Shown here: in pieces, positions 46,401 through 55,880 of the stretch
How the letters are laid out: every line of letters starts with the position of its first letter
Numbering within the stretch: position 1 is the stretch's first letter
The notes under the pieces: generated by a model
What the model was told of the DNA's origin: nothing
What the model saw: the letters and a program-made list of their open reading frames with translations, nothing else
Databases searched by the model: none
Translations under genes and position numbers: made by a program
NCBI RefSeq assembly: GCF_963921235.1
Contig: NC_086107.1
Location: 94,056,001-94,120,000, forward strand
Source of the DNA: Mobula hypostoma
Lineage: Eukaryota
Direction of reading: 5' to 3'
Length of the DNA stretch: 64,000 bases

Positions 46401-48467
46401 TATACAAGACCATAGATCACAGCAGTGGTCACATCTCATAAAAGCAGCCTACTGGTGGCAAAGGTCCTTGGGTCTGAGGTTACGGAAAGCCTGTGGTACT
46501 TGAGGATGGGTTCGATTCCTGAAAGTACTGATATTATCTTTCCCCTTTTCAGAACCGCTGGGCACCATCACATTACTCAGCAGCTCTGTCTGAGCACCTT
46601 CACTCCTTATAGAAGGGGAATTAGTCATGGCCAAGGCTGATACTTAATACCTCAACCTGACAGTTTTGTGCCTCATCAGCAATTGGGGACAAGAATAAAC
46701 TCGGGTCCCACAGCGTAAACTTTAACTTTAAAAGAAAAGTTCTCTCTGCTCAATCCTCACAACGTTCCCTTTTGAGTTCTGGAATGGCTCCTTAGCACAA
46801 CAAGGTGGAACATTGACCTCACAAAGTGCCTCGTTGTGACCTTGCACCCTTATTGTTTGCCTGCTCTGCACTTTCTCCACAGCTGTTACACTTTATTCTG
46901 CATTGTCATTGTTTGACCTTGTACGACCTCAATGCAACCTTTGTAATGAATTGATCTGTATGGATAGTACACTCAGTGACCTCTTAATCATGTATGCCCC
47001 GTTCCACGGAGAGCATGTTCATGGTCTTCTGCTGCTGTCACCCATCCACTTCAAGGTTCAACTTGTTGTACATTCAGAGATGGCTTTCTGCACGCCACCA
47101 TTACTATCGCCTTCCTGCCAGCTTGAACCAGGCTGGCCTTTCTCCTCTGACCTCTCTCATCACAAAACTGCTTCTTACTGGATTTTTTTTCTCTGTTTTT
47201 CACACCACTCTGTAAACGTTAGGGACTGCAGTGCACGAAAATCCCAGGAGATCGGCAGTTTATGAGATACTCAAACCACCCCGTCTGGCACCAACAATCA
47301 CTCCACGGTCAAAGTCGCTCAGATCAAATTTCTTCCCCATTCTGATGTTTGGTCTGAACAACAACTGAACCTCTTGACCATGAGTGCATGCTTTAATGCA
47401 TTGAGTTGCTGCCACATGATTGGCTAATGAAATATTTGCATTAACGAGCAGGTGTACAGGTGTAAGAGGCCACTGTGTGTATATGGATGGTACAAGACAA
47501 GTTTTCCACTGTCCCTTGGTATATGAGACAACAATAAACCAATTTACCAATTTCACCATCAGATTAACACAAAAAAAATCTGGAATTATATTCTTACTTA
47601 GAAATCTTCCTAACTTGCTGATGAAGGGTTTCAACCCAAAATGTCAACTGTTTATTCTTCTCTATAGATGCTGTTTGACTTCCCAATTTCCTCCAGCATT
47701 TTGTGTTTGTTGCTCAGGATTTCCAGCACCTGCAGAATTCCTTGACCCCTTGTTTTCTTACACAGGACAGACCAGCATCAAATACTAACGCAACACAGAA
47801 ATTATCTTGCAGCCAGGTTTATGAGATGGGGCAGTGCAAAGGGGCACTGCGTGAAAATCAAGGTACTCGCAGATGCTGGAAACTCGAAGTAAAATCAGGT
47901 AATGTAAGAAACACTCAGCAGGTCAGGCAGCATATGTGGAGAAATTCAACTGTTCAGGTTGAAGACCATATTTTAGGGCTGGGCACAACAGAGGGAGAGA
48001 AAGAAAACTGTTCCTTTCTCTCTCAGTTCTGATCGGGAACATGAACTGTTTCTGTCTCCAGAGCATTTGCAAGGGAACCGCTTTCCCAAACAGCGCCGAT
48101 TCTGCCGGGTCATTTCCACCCCCCACCAATATTCACCCCTCTGAAAACTCTCCAGTGGATCTCCTTCCAGTCAAAAAGGCGACGCCAAACGCGCCCTCCA
48201 CCCATTCGCGCTCCCAATGCAGTCTACAATCTCACCCCTCGCTTCTCTGCTGAATCCAAGTGCTTTGAGTTTAAAACGGGCAAAAGGCATCCTCGAGTAA
48301 TTTTGCTTTCCCGCTACAAAAAAAAACGAACTTGCATCGCCCAAAAAATGTTTAATTTGTGAGTGTAAATCAGAGTTCATGGGAGATAAACTGATCCTTT
48401 GGTCTGCGGCGGTTAATGTGAAGGAGGGAGGCTGCGAGTCCCTACCTGGTTTCTTCGGCTCCGGCAT
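914..48467 (-). CDS. Myosin-binding protein C family gene, 5' part (C0, PA linker, C1, M-domain); 10 coding exons, continues beyond window start; paralog unresolved (MYBPC3-like architecture)
   Basis: join(48446-48467,31042-31305,30928-30954,27494-27526,16989-17066,8782-8930,6040-6157,4663-4705,1796-1852,914-1083) gives an open frame [17 protein letters not shown]...KWFKGKW...YRCEV...[11 protein letters not shown]...[21 protein letters not shown]. All introns are GT-AG with matching phases, and the motifs are diagnostic of MyBP-C. Confidence 0.95.
1122..1315. repeat. CT-rich low-complexity tract
   Basis: Nearly pure pyrimidine on + strand. Confidence 0.9.
1796..1852 (-). CDS. MyBP-C exon, M-domain ([19 protein letters not shown])
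   Basis: cacttgcag|GGGAGAG ... AAGAAAAG|gtaggt; 57 nt, phase 2-2. Confidence 0.93.
2503..2538 (+). ncRNA. Minimal type-I hammerhead-like motif in a Penelope-derived repeat
   Basis: aatc CTGATGA agg-gtctcgg-ctt GAAA CGTC gacc; core intact, stem I partly degenerate. Confidence 0.55.
4663..4705 (-). CDS. MyBP-C exon, M-domain start ([15 protein letters not shown])
   Basis: ctctccacag|TTGCAG ... AAACGGAC|gtgagt; 43 nt, phase 1-2; matches the LLSAFRRT / LESFKRT motif. Confidence 0.9.
6040..6157 (-). CDS. MyBP-C exon, C1 second half
   Basis: ctctccgcag|GTCTAC ... GTTGAAG|gtaaga; 118 nt; [39 protein letters not shown]. Confidence 0.95.
6443..7540 (-). mobile_element. CR1 LINE 3' end, interrupted by a younger repeat at about 6700-7320
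   Basis: (acatagaa) tail repeats at 6444-6460, then typical CR1 3' sequence on the minus strand that resumes at 7321. Confidence 0.7.
6700..7320 (+). mobile_element. ~620-690 bp non-autonomous retroelement family, copy 1
   Basis: Starts gggaggagaagatgg and ends cataatctaa; similar along its length to 11640-12298 and 33408-34094. Confidence 0.7.
7600..8045 (+). mobile_element. Rex1/L2-type LINE 3' fragment
   Basis: ORF 7604 [48 protein letters not shown] is the C-terminal motif of fish non-LTR RT proteins. Confidence 0.75.
8782..8930 (-). CDS. MyBP-C exon, C1 first half
   Basis: ttgacag|GTGAAGCC ... GCAAAG|gtgagg; 149 nt; [36 protein letters not shown]... Confidence 0.95.
9170..9870 (+). 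mobile_element. CR1 LINE 3' fragment
   Basis: [40 protein letters not shown]-terminus with stops; ends in ctctatgactctat tail. Confidence 0.85.
10255..10742. mobile_element. Tc1-type composite MITE, copy 1
   Basis: CAGTACTGT/AAAAGTCTTAGGCAC-type termini and an internal sequence shared with the copies at 16103, 21920, 38800 and 62367. Confidence 0.7.
11640..12298 (+). mobile_element. Non-autonomous retroelement family, copy 2, with (ATCTA)n tail
   Basis: Similar to 6700-7320; ends aatctaatctaatctaatctaatctaatc. Confidence 0.7.
12613..12690. mobile_element. ~78-bp hAT MITE
   Basis: TIRs caggtgttcccaac / gttaggaacacctg; 8-bp flanks ctctactg / ctccactg. Confidence 0.75.
14108..14857 (-). mobile_element. 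PIF/Harbinger deletion derivative
   Basis: 18-bp TIRs AGGTTGATTCATACTTGT / ACAAGTATAAATCAGCCT (2 mismatches); TTA on both flanks; transposase remnant [35 protein letters not shown]. Confidence 0.85.
15185..15540 (-). mobile_element. Well-preserved CR1 LINE 3' end
   Basis: (CATAGAAA)n tail; ORF ...[36 protein letters not shown]. Confidence 0.85.
16103..16650. mobile_element. Tc1-type composite MITE, copy 2
   Basis: Same termini and body as 21920-22464. Confidence 0.7.
16989..17066 (-). CDS. MyBP-C exon, linker end and C1 start ([26 protein letters not shown])
   Basis: ttgttctttacag|ATACGG ... ATTGCTG|gtgagt; 78 nt; GLFxxKP strand-A motif of C1. Confidence 0.9.
18030..19490. mobile_element. 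Cluster of tRNA-derived SINEs, a CR1 fragment and a small hAT MITE (~18878-18952)
   Basis: Repeated ggttcaattccc...ggagtttgtacgttctccccgtgac...gggtttcctcc...cccacattcc SINE core. Confidence 0.65.
19508..19900 (-). promoter_or_regulatory. Candidate internal promoter / alternative first exon
   Basis: Non-repeat island. The minus strand reads cagcgtaaaATGG|gtaaga (ATG at 19517-19515). E-box CAGTTG 19549-19554, CATTTAAATG 19574-19583, octamer ATGCAAAT 19598-19605. Confidence 0.4.
21920..22464. mobile_element. Tc1-type composite MITE, best-preserved copy
   Basis: TA|CAGTACTGTGCAAAAGTCTTAG ... CTAAGACTTTTGCACAGTACTG|TA; each end is itself a small palindrome (21920-21986, 22367-22464). Confidence 0.85.
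23331..24031 (+). mobile_element. 5'-truncated RTE-clade LINE with TSD
   Basis: ORF 23532-23978 [37 protein letters not shown]; (GAC)n tail; 11-bp direct repeat ACACTAGTTAA at 23320-23330 and 24032-24042. Confidence 0.9.
26065..26470 (+). mobile_element. Probable RTE (Expander/Rex3-like) 5'-region derivative inserted in a CR1 fragment
   Basis: Interrupts a CR1 fragment (ggagtaccggagactga / acggagactgaggagagacctg). Sequence style resembles RTE 5'UTRs (from memory, not searched). Confidence 0.4.
26884..27003. repeat. 21-bp minisatellite (CACCAGGCACATGCCAGCCAW), about 5 copies
   Basis: Direct reading. Confidence 0.9.
27494..27526 (-). CDS. MyBP-C 33-nt micro-exon, linker ([11 protein letters not shown])
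   Basis: cctttgttttaaag|CTGCAGAAGAGTCCACTGAACTCCCTGAAGATG|gtaagc; phase 1-1; lies in non-repeat sequence. Confidence 0.7.
27750..28325 (+). mobile_element. Penelope-like element 3' end (GIY-YIG C-terminus + terminal repeat)
   Basis: [28 protein letters not shown]...LRLEEQ...[22 protein letters not shown]...GAAA motif at 28251-28274. Confidence 0.8.
30474..30551. mobile_element. 78-bp hAT MITE
   Basis: TIRs ctggggttcccaac / gttgggaaccccgg; perfect 8-bp TSD GTCTAGAG (30466-30473, 30552-30559). Confidence 0.85.
30928..30954 (-). CDS. MyBP-C 27-nt micro-exon, Pro/Ala linker (AKTKPVAAP)
   Basis: tgtttttccattgcag|CGAAGACCAAGCCTGTAGCAGCCCCTG|gtaaga; phase 1-1; 87-nt intron after exon 2. Confidence 0.8.
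31042..31305 (-). CDS. MyBP-C exon 2, C0 Ig domain
   Basis: ccaaccag|CTGGCTTCACTAAG ... GAACCTG|gtttgt; 264 nt; [40 protein letters not shown]...HTLVINDL...KFELQVKEP, colinear with the cardiac C0 domain. Confidence 0.93.
31463..32616 (-). mobile_element. Tc1-like non-autonomous element (transposase N-terminal remnant)
   Basis: TIR cagtggccactttattaggtaca / tgtatctaataaagtg; ORF 31541-31876 [38 protein letters not shown]. Confidence 0.85.
31946..32562. mobile_element. Mariner-type MITE nested in the Tc1 element
   Basis: TA|CGAGGGGTGATTGATAAGTT ... AACTTATCAATCACCCCTCG|TA; long subterminal inverted arms. Confidence 0.9.
32875..34245. repeat. Polypyrimidine low-complexity tract split by a retroelement
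   Basis: C/T-only stretches at 32875-33403 and 34100-34245. Confidence 0.85.
33408..34094 (+). mobile_element. Non-autonomous retroelement family, copy 3
   Basis: gggaggagaagatggcggcgcgacgcagcg ... ataatctaatctaa. Confidence 0.7.
34700..34945. mobile_element. Palindromic mini-element built from two inverted Penelope terminal repeats
   Basis: tgctggaaatct..gcaggtcaggcagcatc..gacgttttgggctgagacccttcatcagga, then the inverted copy ..ctcgaaatgtc..atagatactgcctgac..ctccagca. Confidence 0.65.
37155..37395. repeat. Degenerate ~30-bp tandem repeat rich in GATTGG
   Basis: gggattggcc/gggactggcc-like units recur with ~30-nt period. Confidence 0.75.
38800..39320. mobile_element. Tc1-type composite MITE, copy 4 (reverse orientation)
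   Basis: Reverse complement of the 21920-22464 body; palindromic ends. Confidence 0.75.
39849..40221. repeat. 170-bp inverted repeat with a 33-bp loop containing (TTAGGG)4
   Basis: Arms 39849-40018 and 40052-40221, one mismatch found by eye; TTAGGG x4 at 40028-40051. Confidence 0.95.
40460..41160 (-). mobile_element. Penelope-like element 3' end
   Basis: ORF 40548-41102 [52 protein letters not shown]; terminal repeat with a degenerate hammerhead motif at ~40545-40581. Confidence 0.8.
41335..41883. mobile_element. hAT (Blackjack-type) MITE nested in a Charlie-type hAT element (~41248-42014)
   Basis: TIRs TAAGGTTGCCAAC / GTTGGCAACCCTA; host right end ccggtccacggtgcaaaaaaggttggggacccctg. Confidence 0.7.
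42800..43105 (+). mobile_element. Short RTE-associated/SINE-like repeat
   Basis: ggcatccattagtcttacgagaccatggatctgcgcctgg...ccttaaccacttggccac. Near-identical inverted copy at 62876-63140; fragments at 20745-20812, 24660-24780 and 43195-43237. Confidence 0.65.
43111..43162. repeat. (CA)n microsatellite
   Basis: Direct reading. Confidence 0.95.
43240..43445 (-). mobile_element. RTE LINE 3' fragment
   Basis: [52 protein letters not shown]-terminal zinc-finger-like motif. Confidence 0.8.
44680..45020 (+). mobile_element. Penelope-like terminal repeat
   Basis: Same pyrimidine-rich body and ...gaagggtctcgggccaaaacatcaac...atagatgctgcctggcctgctgag end as 27950-28325. Confidence 0.7.
46968..47480 (-). 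mobile_element. Tc1-like non-autonomous element, copy 2
   Basis: [33 protein letters not shown]; tacactcagtgacc / ggccactgtgtgta ends. Confidence 0.8.
48446..48467 (-). CDS. MyBP-C exon 1 (MPEPKKP, phase 1)
   Basis: ATG CCG GAG CCG AAG AAA CCA G|gtaggg. Resembles the MPEPGKKP first exon of cardiac MyBP-C and lies in a GC-rich unique segment. Confidence 0.85.
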
Positions 48468-48680
48468 CTGTCCCTCCCGAGAGTCCCGCTCCCACTGTGC
48501 GGTGCGCTGTCGCTGAGGCGCCGGGAGATAAGGTGCTCCCCGCCAGAGAGAGGCTCCCGGACACTTGATACCTCGGCTGGGCGCTGGCAGAGGGCAGGGC
48601 GGCCGTCTCTCGGGAGAGGGGCCAGCGGGGAGCGATCAGCGCCAAGCAACCTGCTAGACTGGGTCAGGGACTGGGACAGG
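48468..48680 (-). promoter_or_regulatory. Putative 5'UTR/proximal promoter of the MyBP-C gene
   Basis: CpG-rich unique segment directly upstream of the ATG. AGATAA (GATA) at 48526-48531; CACTTGA (= TCAAGTG, NKX2-5-type element) at 48562-48568. Confidence 0.5.
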
Positions 48681-49430
48681 GTCAGGGAGGGGAGGGGAGG
48701 GGAGGAAAGAAAGGGAGGTGGCTTTAGAGAAGGAGGGAGGAAGAAGCGGGGAGGTGAGTCCGCGATTTGGGAGAAAGGAGAGAGGGGAATATGAGAAAGA
48801 GGGAAGGAGGGAGAGAGCGGGGTGGAGGGCGAAGGAGAGAGGAATGGAGGGAGGGAAGGAGACAGGGAAGGATGGAGGAAAGATGAGAAAATGTGGGAGA
48901 TCAGACAACAGGGAGTAAGAGGGAAGGAGAAGGGGAATGAGAGAGAGAGAGAGAGGGGGAAGGTAAGCGAGAGGGGGAGATGGGAGGTAAAGAGAGGGAA
49001 GGAGGAAGGAGGGAGGGAGGGATGGAAGGAGAGAGGGAGGGGGTAAAGTGAGAGAGAATGGGGGACAGAAGGAGAAGGAAGGAGAGAAGTGAGAGGGAAG
49101 GAAGGAGAGAAGAAGAGAGGAGGAAGGAACAAGAGAGAGATGGAGGAAGGGAAGGTAAAGGAGAAAGAGGGAGGGGAAGGCTGAGGAGGGAGGAAAGGGT
49201 GAGGGAGGGAGGATGAGAGTGAGAGAAGATGGCAGTAGAAAGATATGGAGGGAAAGTTGTGAGGGGAAGAGAGAGAGGGTGGGAGGAAGGATGAAAGGGT
49301 GGAGAAGAGGGGATGAGTGAAAATAGAAAATTTGGAATGAAATGTGAAGATGAAAAAAGGGGAAGGAGAGAGGAAGGGGATGGTGGGAAGGAGGGGCACG
49401 GAAAAAGAGGAGGGAGGGAGGGGCAGAGAA
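48680..49430. repeat. ~750-bp polypurine (GA-rich) tract upstream of exon 1
   Basis: Almost only G/A on + strand. Confidence 0.9.
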
Positions 49431-50944
49431 GTGTCAGAGCTCTGGGATAGTGGATGCGGAAAGGATGATTCCTATCATAGGAGTGTCTAATACACAGCCT
49501 AAAATAGAGGGGTGTCCTTTTAGAATGGGTCTGTGGAATTCGTTACTACCGGCTGCTGTGGAGGCCAAGTCTTTATGTGTATTTAAGGTAGAGGTTGATA
49601 CATTCTTGATTGGTCAGGGCATGAAGAGATACAGGTGGAAGGCAGGAGATTGGGGCTGAGAGGAAAAATAGATCAGCCATGATGAAATGGTGGAGTAGAC
49701 TCGATGGGCCAAATGGCCTAATTCTGCTCCAATATCGTATGTTCTTATGGGATAAATTGTGATGGGGGAGGTGACCAAGGGAAGTGAGAGTGTGCTAGAT
49801 GGATGGAAATACAGAGAATAACAACATATTCTGCATTGTGTTATTGCTTTACCCTTGTTCTTCCTCAATGTAGTGATTACCTACCTGGATGGTACACAAA
49901 ACAAAATTACTCTCTGTGTACATGTGACAATAATAAACCATTTGCCACTTACAAGGGTGGGAATCACTTGCTCCAATTACGATGGGCCATGAAGAGATCA
50001 ATAGGTTCAATTTAATGTCAGAGAAATGTGTACAATATACATCCTGAAATTCTTTTTCTTCGCAAACATGCACGAAAACTGAGGAGTGCCCCAAAGAAAG
50101 AATGACAGTTAAATGTTAGAACCCGTTTGAAATGCAGTGCATCATCACTAGTTGCATCTCCGTCTTGGTGCTACTGCACAAGATTGGAAAAAGCTGCAGA
50201 GGGTTCTAAACTCAGTCAGCTCCACCACGGACACTAGCCTCCCCACCTTTGAGGACATCTGCAATAGACAGTCCCTCAAGAAGGCAGCATCCATCATTAA
50301 GGATCCTCACCTGGCATGAACCCTGCAGGCCTCTGTGATGAGCCATAGAGTGTTGGGCTTCTAGGTTTCCAAAGAATCTGCATTTACTGATTGTTAACTA
50401 GAGTTGTTAAGCCCTTGCGTTCTCTGTTTAATCTTGTCAAGTTTATCGTGACTGGCGCGGGTTTTCCGCATTCTGTGATTACGTAAAGCGGCCTACCAAC
50501 TAGCGCTCATGTGGGACCCTCGTGTGGAGATTGATTTGTCTCATGGTGTCACTCAGTTCTGCCATTGATGTTTTGTGTAAACTCTTGTTTACGTCTCTAC
50601 ATGGGAGTCTGCCATTCCTCCACACTTGGGTTCAGTCGTTGCCACTCACCAAGACAGAAGGACCCCCATGGTCAATGGACCCAGTGCAGCACCTTCTGAG
50701 TGCAGATGTTGCCCCTGGAGATTCCCCTTAAATATTTCCTCTTCCACTCTCAGCCTATGACCTCTAGTTTCCTTCTCACCCAGCCTACGGGGGGGGCATG
50801 GTAGCACGGTGGTTAGTGCAACGCTCTTACAGCCCAAGCAACCCAGGTTCAATTCCCACCTCTGCCTGTGTGGAGTTTGTACGTTCTCCCCGTGACCGCC
50901 TGGGTTTCCTTCGGGTGCTCGGTTTTCCTCCCACATTCCAAACG

Positions 50945-51586
50945 TACTTTATACTTTATTGTCGCCAAACAATTGATACTAGAGCGTACAATCATCACAG
51001 CGATATTTGATTCCGCGCTTCCCGCTCCCTGGAGTACAAATCGATAGTAAATATTAAAAATTTAAATTATAAATCATAAATAGAAAATAGAAAAATGGAA
51101 AGTTAGGTAGTGCAAAAAAACTGAGAGGCAGGTCCGGATATTTGGAGGGTGCGGCCCAGATCCAGGTCAGGATCCGTTCAGCAGTCTTATCACAGTTGGA
51201 AAGAAGCTGTTCCCAAATCTGGCCATACAAGTCTTCAAGCTCCTGAGCCTTTTCCCGGAGGGAAGAGGGACAAAAAGTGTGTTGGCTGGGTGGGTCGTGT
51301 CCTTGATTATCCTGGGAGCACTGCTCCGACAGCGTGGAGTGTAAAGTGAGTCCAAGGACGGAAGATTGGTTTGTGTGATGTGCTGCACCGTGTTCACGAT
51401 CTTCTGCAGCTTCTTCCGGTCTTGGACAGGACAACTTCCATACCAGGTTGTGATGCACCCTGGGAGAATGCTTTCTACAGTGCATCTATAAAAATTAGTG
51501 GGGGGTTTAGGGGACAGGCCAAATTTCTTTAGTTTTCTCAGGAAGTAAAGGCACTGGTAGGCCTTCTTGGCAGTGGACTCTGCTTG
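50945..51586 (-). mobile_element. Rex1/L2-type LINE 3' fragment inserted in a tRNA-SINE
   Basis: ORF 51167 IIKDTTHPANTLFVPLPSGKRLRSLKT..RFGNSFFPTVIRLLN; the SINE (50790-50945) resumes at ~51587. Confidence 0.8.
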
Positions 51587-53349
51587 TATGGCATGTTCGG
51601 GTTAGTAGGTTATTTGGTCACACGGGTGTGATTGGACGATGTGGGCTTTCTGGACTGCAAGGGCCTGTTACTGTGCCGTATCTCTAAATAAAATGACATA
51701 AATACGTTGCAGTTCATTTTTCACCCTATTGGAAGCCTATGCCTTTTGCCCGATGCATTTGTCATCCATCTTTCCATCTCCACGTGTCTCTATTTATTTT
51801 TGACCATAACACTCAGGCCATTCAGCCCAACAAATCTCTCCACCATTCTATCACGGCTGATTTATTATTCCTTTCAACCCCATTCTCCTGCCTTTTCCCT
51901 GTAATCTTTGACACCCTGTCCATCAGAGGACTGACCTTAAAATACTACTACTGGTTTATAAAGCACTGAATGCTCTCGGGTCAAAATACATCTCCAATCT
52001 CTTGCTGCTTTTTGGACCTTCCTGAGCTCTCACTTCACCTGGGGCGAGTCTGCTTACCGTCCCCAGGGTCAAAACTAAACATGGTGAAGCAGCTTTTAGT
52101 TACAATGCTCCACATATCTGGAATAACCTTCCAGAGGATCTGAAGTCTGCCCCAACTTTAAGCTCCTTTAAATCGAGGCTTAAAACTTTCCTTTCCACTG
52201 TAGCTTTTAATTAGAATCTCCCGCACTGCAACTTCTATTTCTTTATTTTTATGTGTGATTTCATTCTCTTTATATTGTCTGAAATTTGAGGTTTGAATTT
52301 TATATCTTGTTTTATATAAAATAGTGAACTGCCTTGTGTTTGAAAAGTGTTATACAAATAAGCTTGCCCTTACTAATCAAGAACCTATCAATTTCCACTT
52401 TAAATGCTCCCAAAGACTTGGCCTCCACAGCTATGTGTGGCAATGAATTCCACAAATTCACAGCCCTCAGGCTAAAGAAATTCTTCCTCATCTCTGTTCT
52501 AAGTGAACGTCCGTCTCTTCTGATGCTGTACCCTCTGGTCCTAGACTCCCCCATTATAGGAAATATCCTTTCCACGTCTATTCTATTATATCATCATCAT
52601 CATTATGAGCCATGTCCTATGACATCATCATTATGTGCCGTGTCACCTGAGATGGATGATCATGGTCTGTCCATGACCATGACTGTTCTTGGCAAATTTT
52701 TCTACAGAAGTAACTTGCCATTGCCTTCTTCTGGACAGTGTCCTTACAAGACAGGTGACTCCAGCCATTATCAATACTCTTTGGAGACTCTTTGCTTGGT
52801 GTCAGTCATGGCTTAACCAGGACTTGTGATAGGGACCAGCTGCTCATACAGCCATTCACCACCTGCTCCCGTAGCTTCACATGACCCAGATGATAAGCAG
52901 GCGCTACACATTGACCTGCAGGCTGGTGGAGGGAAGGAGCACTTTACATCTCTCTATCTAGGCCTTTCAATATTTGATAGATTTCTCCTGCTTTCTCCCT
53001 GTAACCTCTGACACCCTTACCAATCAAGAATCTATCAGCCGCCATTTTAAATATACCCAATGACTTGGCCTCCACAGCCATCTGTGGCAATGAATTCCAC
53101 AGATTCATTGCCTTGAATCATTAAAGTGCAATATAACCGCAAGTCCCTTCCACTAAATAATAATTTGGATTTGATCCAAGGTGTCCCTGACCCTGGCACC
53201 CAGGAAGGAACATGCCATCCAGGAATCTCATTCTCGTTCACAGAGTCTCCTGTCTGTTCCCCTAAACACTGAATCCTCTATTATCACAGCTCTCATCTTC
53301 TCCCTCCTTCCCTTCAAAAGCACAGAGCCAGGCCCAGTGCCAGAGAATT

Positions 53350-54120
53350 GAGTTGACTTTATTTCTTACGTCTTTCATATACGTATGGAGTAAAAATCTT
53401 TACATTACATCTCCATCTGAATGTGCAATGTGCTAATTATACTAATTGGTAATAAATAGTATGTACAGTAAGATATACAACGGAACAGTCAATATAGCTT
53501 AGAAATAAAATTGTGTCAGCGTGAATTAATCAGTCTGATGGCCGGTGGAAGAAGCTGTCTCTGAGCCTATTGGTCCTGGCTTTAATGCTGCGGTACCGTT
53601 TCCCGGATGGTAGCAGATGGAACAGTTTGTGGTTGGACTGACTCAGGTCCCAATGATCCTTCAGGCCCTTTTTATACACCTGTCTCTGTAAATGTCCTGA
53701 ATAGTGGGGAGTTCACATCTACAGATGTGCTGGGCTGTCTACACCACTCTCTACAGAGTCCTGCGATTGAGGGAAGTACAGTTCCCATATCAGGCAGTGA
53801 TGCAGCCAGTCAGGATGCTCTCAACTGTGCCCTTATAGAAAGTTCTTAGGGCTTGTGGGCCCATACCAAACTTCTTCAACCATCTGAGGTGAAAGAAGCA
53901 CTGTTGTGCCTTTTTCACCACACAGCCAGTACGTGCAAACCACGAGAGATCCTCGGTGATGTTTATGCCGAGGAACTTAAAGTTGTTCACCTCTCAACTC
54001 CAGATCCATTGATGTCAATAGGAGTGAGCCGGTCTCCATTCCTCCTGTAGTCCACAACCAACTCCTTTGTTTTTGCGACGTTGAGGGAGAGGTTGTTTTC
54101 TTGACACCACTGTGTCAGGT
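53350..54120 (-). mobile_element. Rex1/L2-type LINE RT fragment
   Basis: WCQENNLSLNVAKTKELVVDYR; FKFLGINITEDLSW..KKAQQ..LRTFYKGTVESILTGCITA. Confidence 0.85.
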
Positions 54121-55367
54121 GAATCATTAAAGTGCGATCACAAGTCCCTGTAAATGACTGAGACAAGATAAGGGAATCCAGGATAAAGAAGCTCACCCCA
54201 GCCACCAACTAGATCATGGATTTAACATTCCTATACAGAACCCGGATCCATCCCGAAAGGCAAGCATTATCATCGATCTCAAGTTTATCATGGACTCGCA
54301 GGGTCACAGCTCAATTGGTCTGAAGTCACAAGTCCAGACTGACTTAATCCTATCTCCCCTCAGCCCAAAGGCCACTGACAGGGGCTTGCTAGAGTCTCAT
54401 GTCCTGGGCCAGTCTTTCAAATTGTCCCCGGGTGTAGCCCACCTTCTTGGTGTAACCCTTCCTCTCCCAGGATGAGGCCTTTGGAACTTCTACTGGTGTT
54501 TCTGTAGCTCTGGGCTTTTACAGGATGGGGTTGCTAGCCCACACCCAGCCTTGCTCCTTTCACAGCCAGGCTTGACGTCCATGGTGGAACTACAAATCCA
54601 GACTAAGTAGGCAGGTTATTTTCCCCCAGAAAATCCTCACATCCTTCCCAGTAAATCCTCTTTGATTTGATTCAATATGACACAAACGATGAATTTCAAT
54701 GTGCGTTTTGATGTTTCAATGTATATGTGACAAATAACGCTATTTTTAAAATTCATTGGTGACTTTTACAACAAAATGACGGCTGTGGTACCTGAGAATT
54801 CCAGGATTTATTTAATCATTTGAAATTGCATCCCCCTGTGCTACCAAAGAATTTGTACTTACGTCAACAATCAACAGCCCAGGTACTTGATACTGAAAGG
54901 CAATTTAACCAGTACTACTTAACTCCTGATATGTGCAGTCATTCCACAGGTGACTCATATCAGTTTTTAATCGTTGCATGTTCTCTTATCAATTTTTACA
55001 GAAAGAATTCAGTCTGGGTGCACGATGGCTCGGTACGGCAACTGTTCTGCCCGTGATTGCAAGAGATTGCAGAGAGTCGTGGGCACTGCTCAGGGCATCA
55101 CAGGAACCAGCCTCCTCTCCCTGGGCTCTGTCTACACTTCTTTCTGATTCAGCAAAATCAAAGACCTCAGACATTCTCTTGTCTCCCCCACTTCCACAGG
55201 CAGAAGATGCGAAAGCTTTGCCACGACCACAAGAAATTGCAGAGCGTTGTGGACACAGCTCTGCACACTACACAGATACCAATCGCCCCTCTGCGGACTC
55301 TGTCTATACTTGTCGCTATCTGGGCAAAGCACCCAACTTAATCGAAGATCCTCCCCATCCAGGACAA

Positions 55368-55880
55368 TAGACAACAGACAATAGGTGCAGGAGTAGGCCA
55401 TTCGGCCCTTCGAGCCAGCACCACCATTCACTGTGATCATGGCTGATCATCCATAATCAGTACCCTGTTCCTACCTTCTCCCCATAACCCTTGACTCCGC
55501 TATCTTTAAGAGCTCTATCTAACTCTTTCTTGAGAGAATCCAGAGAATTGGCCTCCACTGCCTTCTGAGACAGAGCATTCCACAGATCCACAACCCTCTG
55601 TGTGAAAAGGTTTTTCCTCAACTCCGTTCTAAATTGTCTACCCCTTATTCTTAAACTGTGGCCTTTGGCTCTGGGCTCCCCCAACGTCGGGAACATGTTT
55701 CCTGCCTCTAGCGTGTCAAATCCCTTAATAATCTTATATGTTTCAATCTGATCCCCTCTCATCCTTCTAAATTACAGTGTATACAAGCCCAGTCGCTCCA
55801 ATCTTTCAACATATGACATTCCTGCCATCCCTGGAATTAACCCAGTGAACCTACGCTGCACTCCCTCCATAGCAAGAATG
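55368..55880 (-). mobile_element. CR1 LINE 3' end
   Basis: MRGDQIETYKIIKGFD..RTELRKNLFTQRVVDLWNAL; (agacaat) tail. Confidence 0.85.

Noticed and set aside
48413..49399. 328-aa minus-strand ORF next to exon 1
   Set aside because: Low-complexity Pro/Ser/Leu/Phe translation of the polypurine tract, in a different frame from MPEPKKP.
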